From contig CAJFCJ010000013.1 of the NCBI GenBank assembly GCA_904063045.1, positions 356,623-420,622 of the forward strand: DNA of 64,000 nt. The letters run 5' to 3'. This document shows, piece after piece, positions 25,932-37,939 of this stretch. The translations under genes and the position numbers were made by a program. This DNA comes from Dimorphilus gyrociliatus. Lineage: Eukaryota > Animalia > Annelida. The first letter of the stretch is position 1. Each line of letters starts with the position of its first letter. The notes under the pieces were generated by a model. That model saw nothing but the letters and a program-made list of their open reading frames with translations, did not search any database and had not been told where the DNA came from.

Positions 25932-26521
25932 ATGATGTCGTACGAGCCCATTGGAAAAGAGCGTTTGAATAGTAGTTTCAGGGGTCGATTTATCAGATTC
26001 TTGGGTATTCTGCAACTCGGGTTTGGCTTGTTAGCACTAAGCTTAAATACTACCCTTGTCGTGAAGAATTTCGAAAACCGTGAGTTGCTGAAAAGAAGTC
26101 TACCCCTGTATTCTCTTGCCGGTTTCTGGACTGGTCTTTTTCTATGCATAACGGGGGTTACTGCACTAATGGTTGATACGAGATGCAGGGTGAAAGCTCT
26201 AGCTATTCTATCACCGTTCACAATTCTAGTATGCATATATCTAATGGTTTGGTCTGGTTTGGGCGTTAAAGTAAGTATTGTGTATTCTTAATTTTTGTTT
26301 TTAAGTACTAAATAAAGGACTTGTTTACACAGGAGAACTTGTATCTTGGACTCTACTCAATTCTTGTTGTAAATGGCTTCGTTGGGGTGTTTGTAACGTT
26401 CCCGATGATGTGTCTATGTATGAACTATTTGCGAGTGAACAAGGAAACTCCACTGCAGGTTTCAAGCGGCGATACCCTTCTCAAGGACGACAAAGAGACT
26501 GCCGAAGATATAGAAGCTTAG
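25932..26521 (+). CDS. MS4A/CD20-like four-transmembrane protein, 175 aa, 2 exons
   Basis: Exons 25932-26270 and 26333-26521 join in phase 0. Four hydrophobic segments; LGILQLGFG and AGFWTGLFLCITG resemble CD20-family TM1/TM2 motifs; TATAAAA at 25884. Confidence 0.75.
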
Positions 26522-26804
26522 GAAGATATACGTGAAAGCAGTTTTCAGGCGTTAATCTTGGCTTGAAAACATTGAGCACACTTTCATTACTTTAATTTGC
26601 TATATATATAATAATAAAAGAACGGCGCAAGCTGTACAAAATAATGTAAAGTTGAGTTATTAATTGAATCAAAGAAGATATTTGAAGCAAAATGCGTGTA
26701 GCAACTCTACACTTTAGATGGTAGGAAATATAATATAAAAAAATATATTAGTATATTTATAATGTCCAACGGTCGTCACTGGCTCGTAAACTGTTTATGT
26801 ATGA

Positions 26805-26830
26805 TGACGTCACACGAACATATTTTTATA
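26805..26830 (+). promoter_or_regulatory. CRE plus TATA-like element upstream of the GPCR
   Basis: TGACGTCA 26805-26812 followed by TATAA at about 26826, roughly 90-110 bp before the ATG. Confidence 0.4.
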
Positions 26831-26914
26831 AGGCTCAACTTTTTTCAACTTTAAATTTCCCTCCCTCACTTTGTTTTCACTCCGCCTCCATCGTTTGACA
26901 AACGAACGTCAACG

Positions 26915-28012
26915 ATGGGCTGCGGTGATTCAAAGTCGAGACAAATCAACGCAACGTATACAACAAACGACACGTATTACCATGAAGTAGTTGAACATCT
27001 TGAAACTTTCCAGTTCATTTGCCAAGATGTTTGTATTCCGATTGTACTAAGTTTCGGCTTTGTTGGAAATACACTTAGCATTTTTATCTTCCTTCAACGG
27101 CGAATGCGCCATAGTTTGAACGACTTGGACAAATCAACAATCGCCTGGTTATCAGCTCTAACTTGGAGCAATCTGTTTCTATGCCTAATCGGTATTCCTT
27201 CTCCATGGCTTCGAATTCCGTCTCTCTATCAACCAATTCAAGTTTATATATCCACCTATCTATTTCCGTTGACGGATATTTTCGAATTGACATCCACATG
27301 GTTTATCATTTCGGTGGCTCTGGAACGCTCCATCACCGTCACTCAACCCTTCGGTATTTTCTATTCAATTGATAAACAATCGAGGCAAAGAAAAATGATC
27401 GCTATATTTTCTTTGGCACTGCTTTTCTCGTTACCATCCCTTTTCTTGTCGCAGGTAAACTCGTACAGATGTGGTCAACTGTGTTGTTACGTAAAAGTTC
27501 CAATTTCGCATTTTATTTTCCCATTGGTACATTCATCACTAACTGCTATCATTAAGGTTCTAATACCGTTTATAATACTTTGCATTTGTAAAATTCTGCT
27601 GATAAGAGCCTATAGGGCCAATTTGAAAAAGATAATTACAAATTCACCAGATGTTGAAAAGAACGCCGTCTCAAGAATAACAATAATAACAATATCAGTG
27701 GTATGTCTTTTCACCTTCCTAACCTATCCACTATTTATAGCCAACTATTTTCATATTGTAAGAAAAGCTCTTTTACATAAAAATAACAGTCAGTTTATTG
27801 TCGTTCAGACAGTCTTAAAGGTTATACAAGCCTTTAACTTTTCGGCAAATTTCATCCTATATACAATTGTAAGTAAACCATTTCGTCAAATTCTCTTCAG
27901 TACCGTTTTTAGAATTTCCAAAAATCAAAATCCACCTTGTAGAGTTAGCCAATACAGAATGATAACGTTTAGAACTCTTCGTCCAAACTCCATATCGTCA
28001 TGTGATATCTAA
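26915..28012 (+). CDS. Intronless class A GPCR, FMRFamide/sex-peptide-receptor-like group, 365 aa
   Basis: Seven hydrophobic segments; GN in TM1 (FVGNTLS), ERS at the end of TM3, FLTYP in TM6, NFSANFILY in TM7; N-glycosylation site NAT in the N-terminus. Confidence 0.88.
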   Translation: MGCGDSKSRQINATYTTNDTYYHEVVEHLETFQFICQDVCIPIVLSFGFVGNTLSIFIFLQRRMRHSLNDLDKSTIAWLSALTWSNLFLCLIGIPSPWLRIPSLYQPIQVYISTYLFPLTDIFELTSTWFIISVALERSITVTQPFGIFYSIDKQSRQRKMIAIFSLALLFSLPSLFLSQVNSYRCGQLCCYVKVPISHFIFPLVHSSLTAIIKVLIPFIILCICKILLIRAYRANLKKIITNSPDVEKNAVSRITIITISVVCLFTFLTYPLFIANYFHIVRKALLHKNNSQFIVVQTVLKVIQAFNFSANFILYTIVSKPFRQILFSTVFRISKNQNPPCRVSQYRMITFRTLRPNSISSCDI

Positions 28013-28239
28013 AGTTTCAATTATCAATTATTGTTGCTGTTGTTTGTTTGTTTGTTTGTTTGACCCTAAAACTAGACGTTGTTTACCTATCCTTTCTAAG
28101 TCATATATATCATATTATTAAATGATAAATTCTTGATGTGTTCTGTCTGAATTTTTATGTTATCTTGTATTAAAGAGAAATTTACGATGGCAGTTCTTTA
28201 AAGTTATATATTGTATTGTATTTTGTTATAAAGTAATAT

Positions 28240-29870
28240 TTAGAATAAAGAAATATCTCTTCCAAACATTATAGTTTTACTCCAATCCATTGGTACTTGC
28301 ATTCTTAAACGCCAACTTCCCAATTTCGTTAAATAAGCCGATCTCCATAAAAACCAAGAGGGGATACCGTGCATTTTAACATCAGGCATATCGCTTAGAC
28401 CCTGATAATCTCCTATATAGGCTAACATTCCCATAGAATCAAATTTAAAGGGTTTTAAAACTCCCGAATTAAGCCCATTCGCCAAATGGCGACCTTGCTT
28501 TTCGGCAACTTGAGCAGTACAGGGTAACGGATAATCCTTAATATCTGCACAATCACCAATTGCATAGATTCTGCTGTCCTTCGGCAGGGAATTTACTCTT
28601 AAGCAATTATCCGTCACGATCTAGCCATAATAAAGCAAGAATATCTCTATCAGTATACGAAGGCCAAAAAATGAAAAGAACTGATATTTTACCTGACCAA
28701 CACGATTCTTTTCACAATTAAGATCACTTGTAAATTGCCTTGGAGCCAATCCCGTACTCCAAACAACTAGATCGCAATTCAATCTTCCTCCATCTTTCAA
28801 TATAACGCCATCTTTCTTAACCTCTACAAAACAAACAGGGATAAATTGAAAAAAAGATAAAAAAATAAGAATAAATATTCTTGCGTTTCTTACCCACAAC
28901 GGTAGATTGAACAATATTGAAATTCTTCCTTTGTTTTATCTTCTTCTCAGCAAATGAACGTAAATTTTTATCAAAGCTAGCTAAAATTTGATTAGATTCG
29001 ATTAAAGTAACCCTAGCCTCGTTACTTTCATTCGGATAGAGTCGAGTAACGTCCTAAATAAGGATAAAATATAAAAAAGTTTTTCTCCGAGTAAAATAAA
29101 AGTACTTTCTCTGGCCTACTTGGGTTAAAAAGTCATAAAATTCAGCTCCAAATTCAACTCCTGTAGGACCACCACCAACGATAACAATATGTAATAGGCG
29201 TTGTTTCTCTTCTGTAGTGATGCCCGGCTGCATTGCTAATTCGAAGTTTGACAATATCCTATTTCGGATGTCACGAGCATTCGATATTTCCTAATTAATA
29301 GACATCTTTCAGTCACTTTTACAAATTTCATAGTCTTTTATTTACTTTTAGGAAGACGGCGTACTCCTTTACTCCGGGTATATTGAACGTATTGCTTAAA
29401 GAACCAACTCCAATAACTAGATGATCGTACTCTAATTCGTAAGCTTTTTGGTTGTCGCCCAAGGCACTTATACACTTTAAACAGCGATTTTTCATATCTA
29501 TAGTCAAAGCCGACGACTGATGAAAATGCGTCGGATCACGAAAGCCTTTATTTCTTATTGGTTCTATGATGGATCTGTCTTAAGATAAAAATCAGTATTT
29601 TCCTTAGAGATTGCGTAAGATTACCAACCGAAATTCCAATGTTCCAACAGTTGTACTGGCTAGTAATGGCGTAAAGAGAAAATGATTTCTTGGGCTTATA
29701 ACTAGTACATCGAATTTTTTCTTGTCTATTGAATTTAAGACTGAATAGCTGGACCATCCAGTTCCCAATATCACCAACTTTTCTCTCTTCTTAAAAAGAT
29801 TCTCAGTCAGGCTTAAATACCTTTTTGGGATACTTGCAAAGGAGGTCGAGACAGGGTTTCGAATACGCAT
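28240..29870 (-). CDS. Type II (alternative, rotenone-insensitive) NADH:ubiquinone oxidoreductase, NDI1/NDA-like, 6 coding exons
   Basis: Motifs [123 protein letters not shown]. Basic hydroxyl-rich N-terminus typical of a mitochondrial presequence; no EF-hand insertion. Start at ATG 29870, or a split ATG at 30022. Confidence 0.95.
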
Positions 29871-31402
29871 AAGCCTATATTTGAGTGATAAATGATCAAT
29901 AAAAGAAAAATAATGAAAAGTCACACAATAAATAGATTCATAAAATCTATAAGAGTTAATCATCACAACATATGATCTAAAATCAATTAAATAGAATATA
30001 ATAGAGAGGAAGACAATTACATTTTAATCCTTGAATTAAAGAACTTTCTGATGAAATTTTTCGAAATAAGAGGTTCGATTGAAAACGTATAAGAAAACTG
30101 GTAAATAATCAAAAAATTTTGCCATTTTAAAAGAATTCGGCCAGTAGCTCAAATATGTTTTAAAAATGGGTTTAAAGTTGAAAAACAACTTTAATATATC
30201 AATAAAATAAATATAAGAGAATTCTTAGTTTCAGATCAATTTTCATAAAAACAAACCACAGATACAAAAGGAAAAGGTAACTTTATAAAAAGGACTATAT
30301 TCATATATATTTATATATATATGTGTGTGTACAGCCGAATTTACTAGTAATTAAACATCATAACATTAGATACTTTGTAAAAGATGACGGGAGTTTTTTA
30401 TGAGGAAAATAGTCAAAATAAAAATAACACAATTCTAGGGAATAAAAAAATAATCTATTGAAAACAAATGCCTGTCTTAAAAAAAGTTGTCTATATAATA
30501 TTTTCAAAGGAACCTTCCATTTCATAGTTGAAATACCACTTTTTTTTAGCTTTAAAAAAAACAATTCAAATACAAATAACTGTCTTTTTACATTTTACAT
30601 GTCCAAGTTGAGAGTGCCTTGATATATACTATATATACAGTTAATATATATATATATATATATTTATATATAATGTATATATATATATACTGTATACAAT
30701 GCCTTAATAGAAGACTATCATTCCTCCTACTCCTCGCTCTTTATTACTTAATTTAAAGGAAAGTCTCTTTTTTTGATATAGAAAAATATTGCTTACATTG
30801 AAAAATAAGAGGAAGAAAACGTACTTAATTATACGACTCTATTATAGATATTTAAGCCTATAAAACAACTATAATCCTCCAATAAAAATAAATACCTCTT
30901 ACTTATCTTCTCTTAATCAGAGATAATCTTGATATTTGACAAAAATAATAAATTCATCGTTATTCTTGTTTAAATAAGAATTTTGTTTTTTTTCCCATTC
31001 TCTTTATCTATTCTTATTTATTATTAATGAGTGAAAATGCTTGTTATCTATTTCTCTCGTCTCCTCTTTTATAATTGATTTACGAGTAGATTTTATTCAG
31101 AAACATTACTTAATACCGTTGAGTGAGGCCTATTGAAAGATTATTTAATCGATTGTGTAAAAATAAAAAGAAACAGTTAAGAAACCTATCTTATCATTCT
31201 CCATTCTGTCATTGGAGAGTATAGACAGCTATAAAATCGCTGTTATCTTAATTATGAAAACTTGAACTTTTTTTTTATTAAAAAACAAACTATAGATTCG
31301 TTTTTTTTACATTTGAAACAAAAAAGAATTCGGTTAATCTCAATTCGACATTTTTTTTTCACAAGGTTCTTTTTTTCTCACAGTCTGATAATGCTGTTGA
31401 GT

Positions 31403-32422
31403 TTAGGAAGAATTTTCAACATTTTTTCGCTTTTTTATTGGTTCCTTAAGTTCTCCAAGTTCCTCTTCAAGTATTTTTATTCTTTCTAGATATTTAATTT
31501 CTTTCTTCTCGAAATCGATAATTCTATTATGAAGACGTCTATTTTCCTCCTCTATTTTTTGATATTCGATAAAGGGTACATGTTGATCTTTGAAATTGGT
31601 ATGTTCTACGATTTCTAGTTTATCACCCTCCGCTATAACCTCTGTATTATCTACTAAAACTTCTCGCGAGGCTTCTGTTGTTGATCAGTATATAAATATA
31701 TTATGTAGTATACGGTTACGCATTTTTATGTATATTATATGTATATTATATATAATTACATACCAGGTGCTATTGATATGATCAACTGAGGCTCATCTGA
31801 CAACCTTTGACCCTCTGCATCGTCTTGTTTGTTCATATCTAATATTTTCTGATTAACATCTTGTACCAGTTGAATTTGAAAAGTGGTACGAGGATTTTTA
31901 AAATGTGTACGAAAATGCTTTAAGGCCTCATCTCTTCTATTAAATCCATTTCGACATCCATAACAATGCCAATGAGCACCCTTGAATTCTTTTGAGCCTT
32001 TTATCGACCCAATAATGTTGCACGAATCACAACATCGGATTATCCATAAACCTTGAAAAATAATAAGATTGTTAATCAAATTAAAAATAATAAATCGGGT
32101 TCGAAGGATTTTTAGAGCTGATATAACTTACCAGCAAATAACATTCCCTTGTCGACATGTTTTACTCTATAATGGGCTTTCAGTAGAGCGCTGTCCGTGT
32201 AAACATCGTTTTTAAAACAGAACGGGCAATGATAATGGGTTCTTTTATTCGTTTCGGAACAAACGGGACTTTTACATAAAATTGGATTAAACTTTTGTTC
32301 CGTTCCCACAAGCCTAATCGAAGGATGGCAGTCCTTGTAGAGAAACTCGATATTAATTAAGTGATAATTTGTTTACAATTGCTACTTACGACAACTGGCT
32401 CAGTTACACTCTTATTTGCCAT
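31403..32422 (-). CDS. Protein with two Castor-type compound zinc fingers and a C-terminal coiled coil, 4 exons
   Basis: In-frame GT-AG model: MANKSVTEPVV / FLYKDCHPS...CKSPVC..HYHCPFC..HYRVKH / CCDSC..HWHCYGC..HFRTH / EEENRRLHNRIIDFEKKEIKYLERIKILEEEL..IKKRK. Last exon is absent from the ORF track. Confidence 0.85.
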
Positions 32423-33240
32423 TGTAATCTTTGTAGGTAAACTGTAAACACTAAACAGAAATTAGGGAAAAACTGTTACTAGTACCAGATTTGTTTAATC
32501 ACTTTTCGCATGGTACTTTGTTTTCGTTGCTATCGTATAAGCAACTACATCTCAAATGATCTTACCCAAAAAGAGAAAGTTTATTTGAAATTCAAAAATA
32601 ATTTAAAATAGAATTGTTTCCACTTGTCCAAACGGAATAGTAAAAACATTGTTATGATGTATTTCGCAATGTCACCCTATTATCGCCCCCAAATGTAACA
32701 ATTTTCCTAAGAGTGTCGGCGTCGATACGAAAAAATTAGTAAAAAAGTTTACCTCTTTTCAAAGTCCATTCAATCATATTATTTAATTTTTACAAATTAG
32801 ATATTAATAATTAGTAGCTTATTCTAAACATAAAAAAGTTGAATACTTAAAAAAAAAGACAATCTATCTTTTCATATGAATAGGGAATCAATAAATTTAT
32901 GCTAAAATATTCATTATTTCATCTAAAGCGTATGTTAGGCAGATGAATTAAAAGTATAAAAATAGTAGTTGTAGAAACACAAACAACAAACTTACATACA
33001 CACACACACACACTAGTGATATTTTTTTTTCTCTCTCTCTTTCTCGCTCTTTTCAAGGTTAAATCTACTTAAAATGTCCTTTTTGTAAGTCAAAAAAAAA
33101 AAATAAAAACAACATTAATTGTTCTTTTCAACTGTACAAAAGGCAGATTAGAAGGCGTTTCAACTACAGACCTTTCTATTTAAAAATAAAAAACATTTCA
33201 TACAATATACACACGATTTGTAAACATGGATTAAAAGTAC

Positions 33241-33681
33241 TTAGATAATCTTTGAAGCATACACAAAGTTCTTACTTTCCTTCTCGATATTGGAACATTT
33301 TATAACGAATTGTAAACCTTGATAAACGCTACAGGTTGGTCCCTTTTTTTCGAGAGTAAAAGGATGTTGATAATTGTTTTCCTGATTAAATTCAACAATA
33401 TGAGGACATCCAGTTAAACTTTCATCAATCACTCTTGCAAAATTCTTTGTGATAATATAGCAAACAACTTGACATAGGAATTTTGATCCTTCATAGGATT
33501 TGTGATATTGTTCTGGCAGTTGAAACGTATAATCTCTACGAAAGGCCAAAGAAGATGGATAATCTTGAAACAAAATAATTAAACTATTTTGAAAAGAAAA
33601 ACAACAAATTAAAGTGTATTTACCTGAGATTATAAGGGCGATGAATAGGATTATAGATAAAAGATGACTAAATCCAATCAT
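33241..33681 (-). CDS. Small secreted Cys-containing protein of unknown family, 126 aa after removing a 60-nt intron
   Basis: Signal-peptide-like MIGFSHLLSIILFIALIIS; GTAAAT..TTTCAAG intron 33623-33564 (phase 1, frame-preserving); mature part has five Cys. Confidence 0.65.
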   Translation of the reverse strand: MIGFSHLLSIILFIALIISGKYTLICCFSFQNSLIILFQDYPSSLAFRRDYTFQLPEQYHKSYEGSKFLCQVVCYIITKNFARVIDESLTGCPHIVEFNQENNYQHPFTLEKKGPTCSVYQGLQFVIKCSNIEKESKNFVYASKII

Positions 33682-35084
33682 ATTTCTGTTAATTAGTTCT
33701 GTTTTTTGTTTTATTTAGAAGAGAGTTATTTTAGTGAAATCTTTTACAAGCAAATACATACAATAATAGAAAAAGGATATATGTATAGTTCTCTATACGT
33801 TACACGCTAGAAGATTTAAGATTAATTACCCGCCTAAAAAGTAAGAATATATGATAATTTCGGTTTAAAACTATACTACTTAAGTAGTACAGTAAATTAT
33901 AGATGTATTTGTTAGTAAACGCATTATTCATGCATTTCCGCTAATACGATATATGTATACATCTATGGAACATACAAACAGTAACCTAAGCTCAGCCTAT
34001 CTCTTGTCTAAAACATATTTATACTTAAATGACAAACGTTACATTCCTTTTTATAAACTAAAAGTATAAACTTTTTCACTACGTAACTTGAAACGAATAA
34101 ATAAAGAAAAACGTTGAATAAACCTGTCCTCTCTTCTCCTTTGTTTTTTTTTCTTTACATTTTATAATGGCTCTTATTCAAACAGAAATAGCGTTTGTAC
34201 ACACATTTGTATGCGTTAACGTCACTTTTAGACGCTAGATGTCCTACTGTATAAATAAAAATGAAACTTTTCACTTCGATAGAAAGCAAAGTAGTTCAAA
34301 CGTAAAGGTCATCTAAAGAGTTTCGTTAATATTTTACAAAGCAGAATAGCAAATAGTTGTTAGGTTGTACTATATATTTATTTCCTTATTTAATAATTAA
34401 ATGACTTGTTCATATTACAAACAAACTTTTACATTAGCTTTCTAATTATATTAAAAGTAACCGAAAGGCTTATTAATTACATTAAAACTAAGAGAGCGTA
34501 ATATTTTCTATGAAATTACTTCATATTTTCATATTACTTCTTATTCTACCTCCGTTACCCTTTTTTTTTTTAAAAAAAAACATAGAACAAATAATCAATT
34601 AAACAAAGTAAGAAGAGGAATGTTAAATAATATCTAAATTATTGATAAAAGATAATATTTTTTTCTTTGAAAAAAAAATGAGAAGAAAAAACAAATTCTT
34701 AGATTTTTAAAAAAATAGATAACTAATTACAAAATTGATAAAAATCACTTGAATCATATATATACAGCATATATATATATATATATATATACAACGAATT
34801 TTCATTCTACATTTCAACCTTTAACAAAGACATAAATAATTGAAATGTTTATCATTTTCGTCACCTTTTTTTCGCTTCAAATGGTTCAATCATCGAAACA
34901 AAAAAAGTAATAAAAATAGAAAGATGGAGAGGTATCGAGAAGAGAAATTTTTCTTCGTAAAACTCGTGACTAGTGAAACAAGATTCGAGATTTCATACTT
35001 TATATACGGATCGTTATATTTTAAAACGGGTTATCTTTAACCCTCTAACTCCTAGATCACAATTCATCAGCTTAATGGAAAAAA

Positions 35085-35101
35085 GGGGGGGGGGGGGGGG
35101 G
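35085..35101 (+). repeat. Poly-G run (G-quadruplex-capable)
   Basis: About 17 consecutive G; a C-rich run also lies at about 36667-36689 in a pelota intron. Confidence 0.8.
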
Positions 35102-35999
35102 AGGGAAGAAGAATCTATTTTTATCGCCTTTGTCTTTTATCAAAGTTCCCCTTTCGAGTAGAAAAGGAAAGAGAGGAGGTAGAGTGAGGGGGAGCTGAGA
35201 GAGAGAGAGAGAGGTAGATTTTCATATTAAACCCAGAGGTTCGTGTGGAAAGCTTTTAATCTCTTTTTATTATGGAGAAATCTTGCTATCCTCTAAATAA
35301 ATATACTTAATTGGTTCAGACAAATAATTATCCTGTAATTGGAACATTGTTTGTAAACACAATTTTTAAGAGAGCATTTCATTCGTTTTTATTGACCATT
35401 CCTTAAATACATTTTTCTTTTAATGAAGGGCAACATAAGCAATGCAATTGAATAAATAAACAATAAACACTTATATAAAGAAATGATAGAGATAAGGTGA
35501 AAGAGATAGAGACGAGAGAGTCAAAACTAAAAAGAAATATCCAAAAACGAAAACATTTTACACAAAACACTCAAACTTAAAACCTATAACCTTTTTTCGT
35601 AAATGTTTTCTTCCTCTCTTTAATATATTAGATCAAAAGTATTTTCGAAGTTGAAATAGAAAGAATCAAGTGATTACTACATGGGAAGCCGGTCACGTGG
35701 TTCAAATGTATTTTGCTTTTGAAATAAAAGAATATAAAACAATACAGGCTTCAAATATGCTGTTAAATCAGTTGAATTGCAACGTGTAGCACAGAAACAA
35801 AAGCATTACAGCCCAAAAATATTTTGGTTTTTTTTCCAAGCCTATCACCTTATTCATTTTTTACGATTTATGGTTCGATGAAATTATTTACCTATCCATT
35901 GATCAGAGCTTATTGCAAACGTATGCTAAACTATTCGAATAAGGTGATAAGTATCCTAAAAAATCTGCATAAATTTTCCTAGACTTAAACTAGTATTTA

Positions 36000-37937
36000 T
36001 CACCTAGACTCATCAGCACATTCCTCGTCTGCATCTAAATCGCCATCCTCATCGGAATAAGAATCCATATATTGAGAGTGGGCACCATTTTCTGAAAACT
36101 CTCCATTTGCTGCTTCAACACCTCCAACAGCACCCAAATTTTCTTCCTCATCCGAACTCCAACCCTCCTCGGGTTCGGGCATAGGAAATCTCAATAAAGC
36201 AGCAATACCAGACAACTGCAAAAGCTGTTCGCCGGAGACATGTAAACTGGAAAACACTCGTACTTCTCCACCGCTTTCCTTTACGTCATCGACGAGACGA
36301 ACATACCGTTTCCTCACCTTTATATCAGTTGCTCTAAAATAATCCAAAAAAAAAAATTGATAAAAATATCACATTTATACTTTCCACTATTTTTTTATTA
36401 TCTAACATTTACTATTTTAATATGATACTGTCCTAAAGAAGTATATACCTGAAAAGTGCATCAGATACAAGTAATAATTCAACAGCTTGAACCGCAGCAG
36501 CTGCCTCGACATGCTTGATTCTGCGTATTAAATGTTTCATTAGAGATTTAAAAATTTTTTTTTTTATAGAAACATATTTTATTGATTTGAAATTATATAT
36601 ATATTTTATTTTTTTTCCCACACCTATAATGATATATACTGTATATGTAATAATAACTCTCACAAACCCCCCCCCTCCCCCCCCCCCCCTATCATTGTTT
36701 TGTTGTTGTTTTTAATTGTTTAAAAATTTTTCACCTACCCGTAAAATGCCCGACCCGGATCGTTTTGTAACATTTCGTAAAAGTCATCGAGCGCCTTAAC
36801 CTCGCTTATGGCTTTCGTATCTGATAGAAGTTGTTGAACATTTGGATCTTCTAAGACTCCTGAAAAGATAACATTTTATGTATATCAAGAATAACTAATA
36901 TTTATTTAATGACGTAATAAAGCAAATAAAAAAAAGAACCTCTTAAAGAATGTTTAAATCCAGAAGTAGATTTAGCAAAGGTAAATTTCGATTTATTATC
37001 TAGGAAGATCTTAAGAGATTCAACCTTTACTGCTTGATTCATTAAATACCGATAAAAATCATCCTTAACGAAACCAGGTGATGCTAATAAGACGCACTTT
37101 AAAACTAAAAAGTTAAATGTTTATTATATTAAACATGAATAAAGTGACTTTTTCCTTCTAACCTTCAAAGTTCAAATGACGTTCCATGGCTTGTATCATT
37201 TGATCGTAAAATTTTTGCATAGCTTTTGAATATTGATTGCCAACTCCCTTTCTTTTTCTTGGTATATGATAATCAACTTTTGATCTTACTAAAGTCATAC
37301 TTGGGGTTACTAGACATACATGACCAACTCCCTCTTGCATAATAACAGCAGCAACATCTGCAGATTGTGCGGGATCACATGCAGTTTCTACTCGATCTAA
37401 GGATACGCTGTCCCATTCAGTTTTGAAAAGTGTGAATTTTTTATTTTTTTCCAAATCGAGGGTATGGTAAGCACCCATCTAAAAAGTAAATAAACATCAA
37501 TTGATATTAAGCTTTGAAAAAAAAAACATTAATTATTTTATGACAAAAATTTGCGTACTTTAACATGTTTATTTTCTTCTACGTTTCTTCCTTTAACTCG
37601 AAGGGCACAAGCAATGGTATCAAAGTCTATAGATTCGATCTGGATGGATAATGTTGTCCTTATCTTACTACTACTCGTTGTACCCGTAGCGGACTCGCTT
37701 TGAACCTTTCGAATGGTCATTGACTTAAGAATGTCACCAACCGAAAGGAGATTGTACGCGTGCCACATATCTTCGCTTTCTTCAGGGTACAGAACAATTG
37801 AACTGCAAGTTAAAAATATTTTCAATGCAATTAATAACTGATTTCGTAGGATTGTGTAAGTATGTCATATTTATTTTTGAAATTAGTCGTGCTTACCCCT
37901 GGGCTCCTTTATCGACATCTTTGTGTATAAGCTTCAT
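36000..37937 (-). CDS. PELO: Pelota (Dom34) ribosome-rescue factor
   Basis: [121 protein letters not shown]; short GT-AG introns. Confidence 0.96.
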
Positions 37938-37939
37938 TT

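Noticed and set aside
28240-29870. Recent horizontal transfer or contamination as the source of NDH-2
   Set aside because: It has five short host-type GT-AG introns and host-like composition, and sits among animal genes; ancient origin needs a phylogeny.
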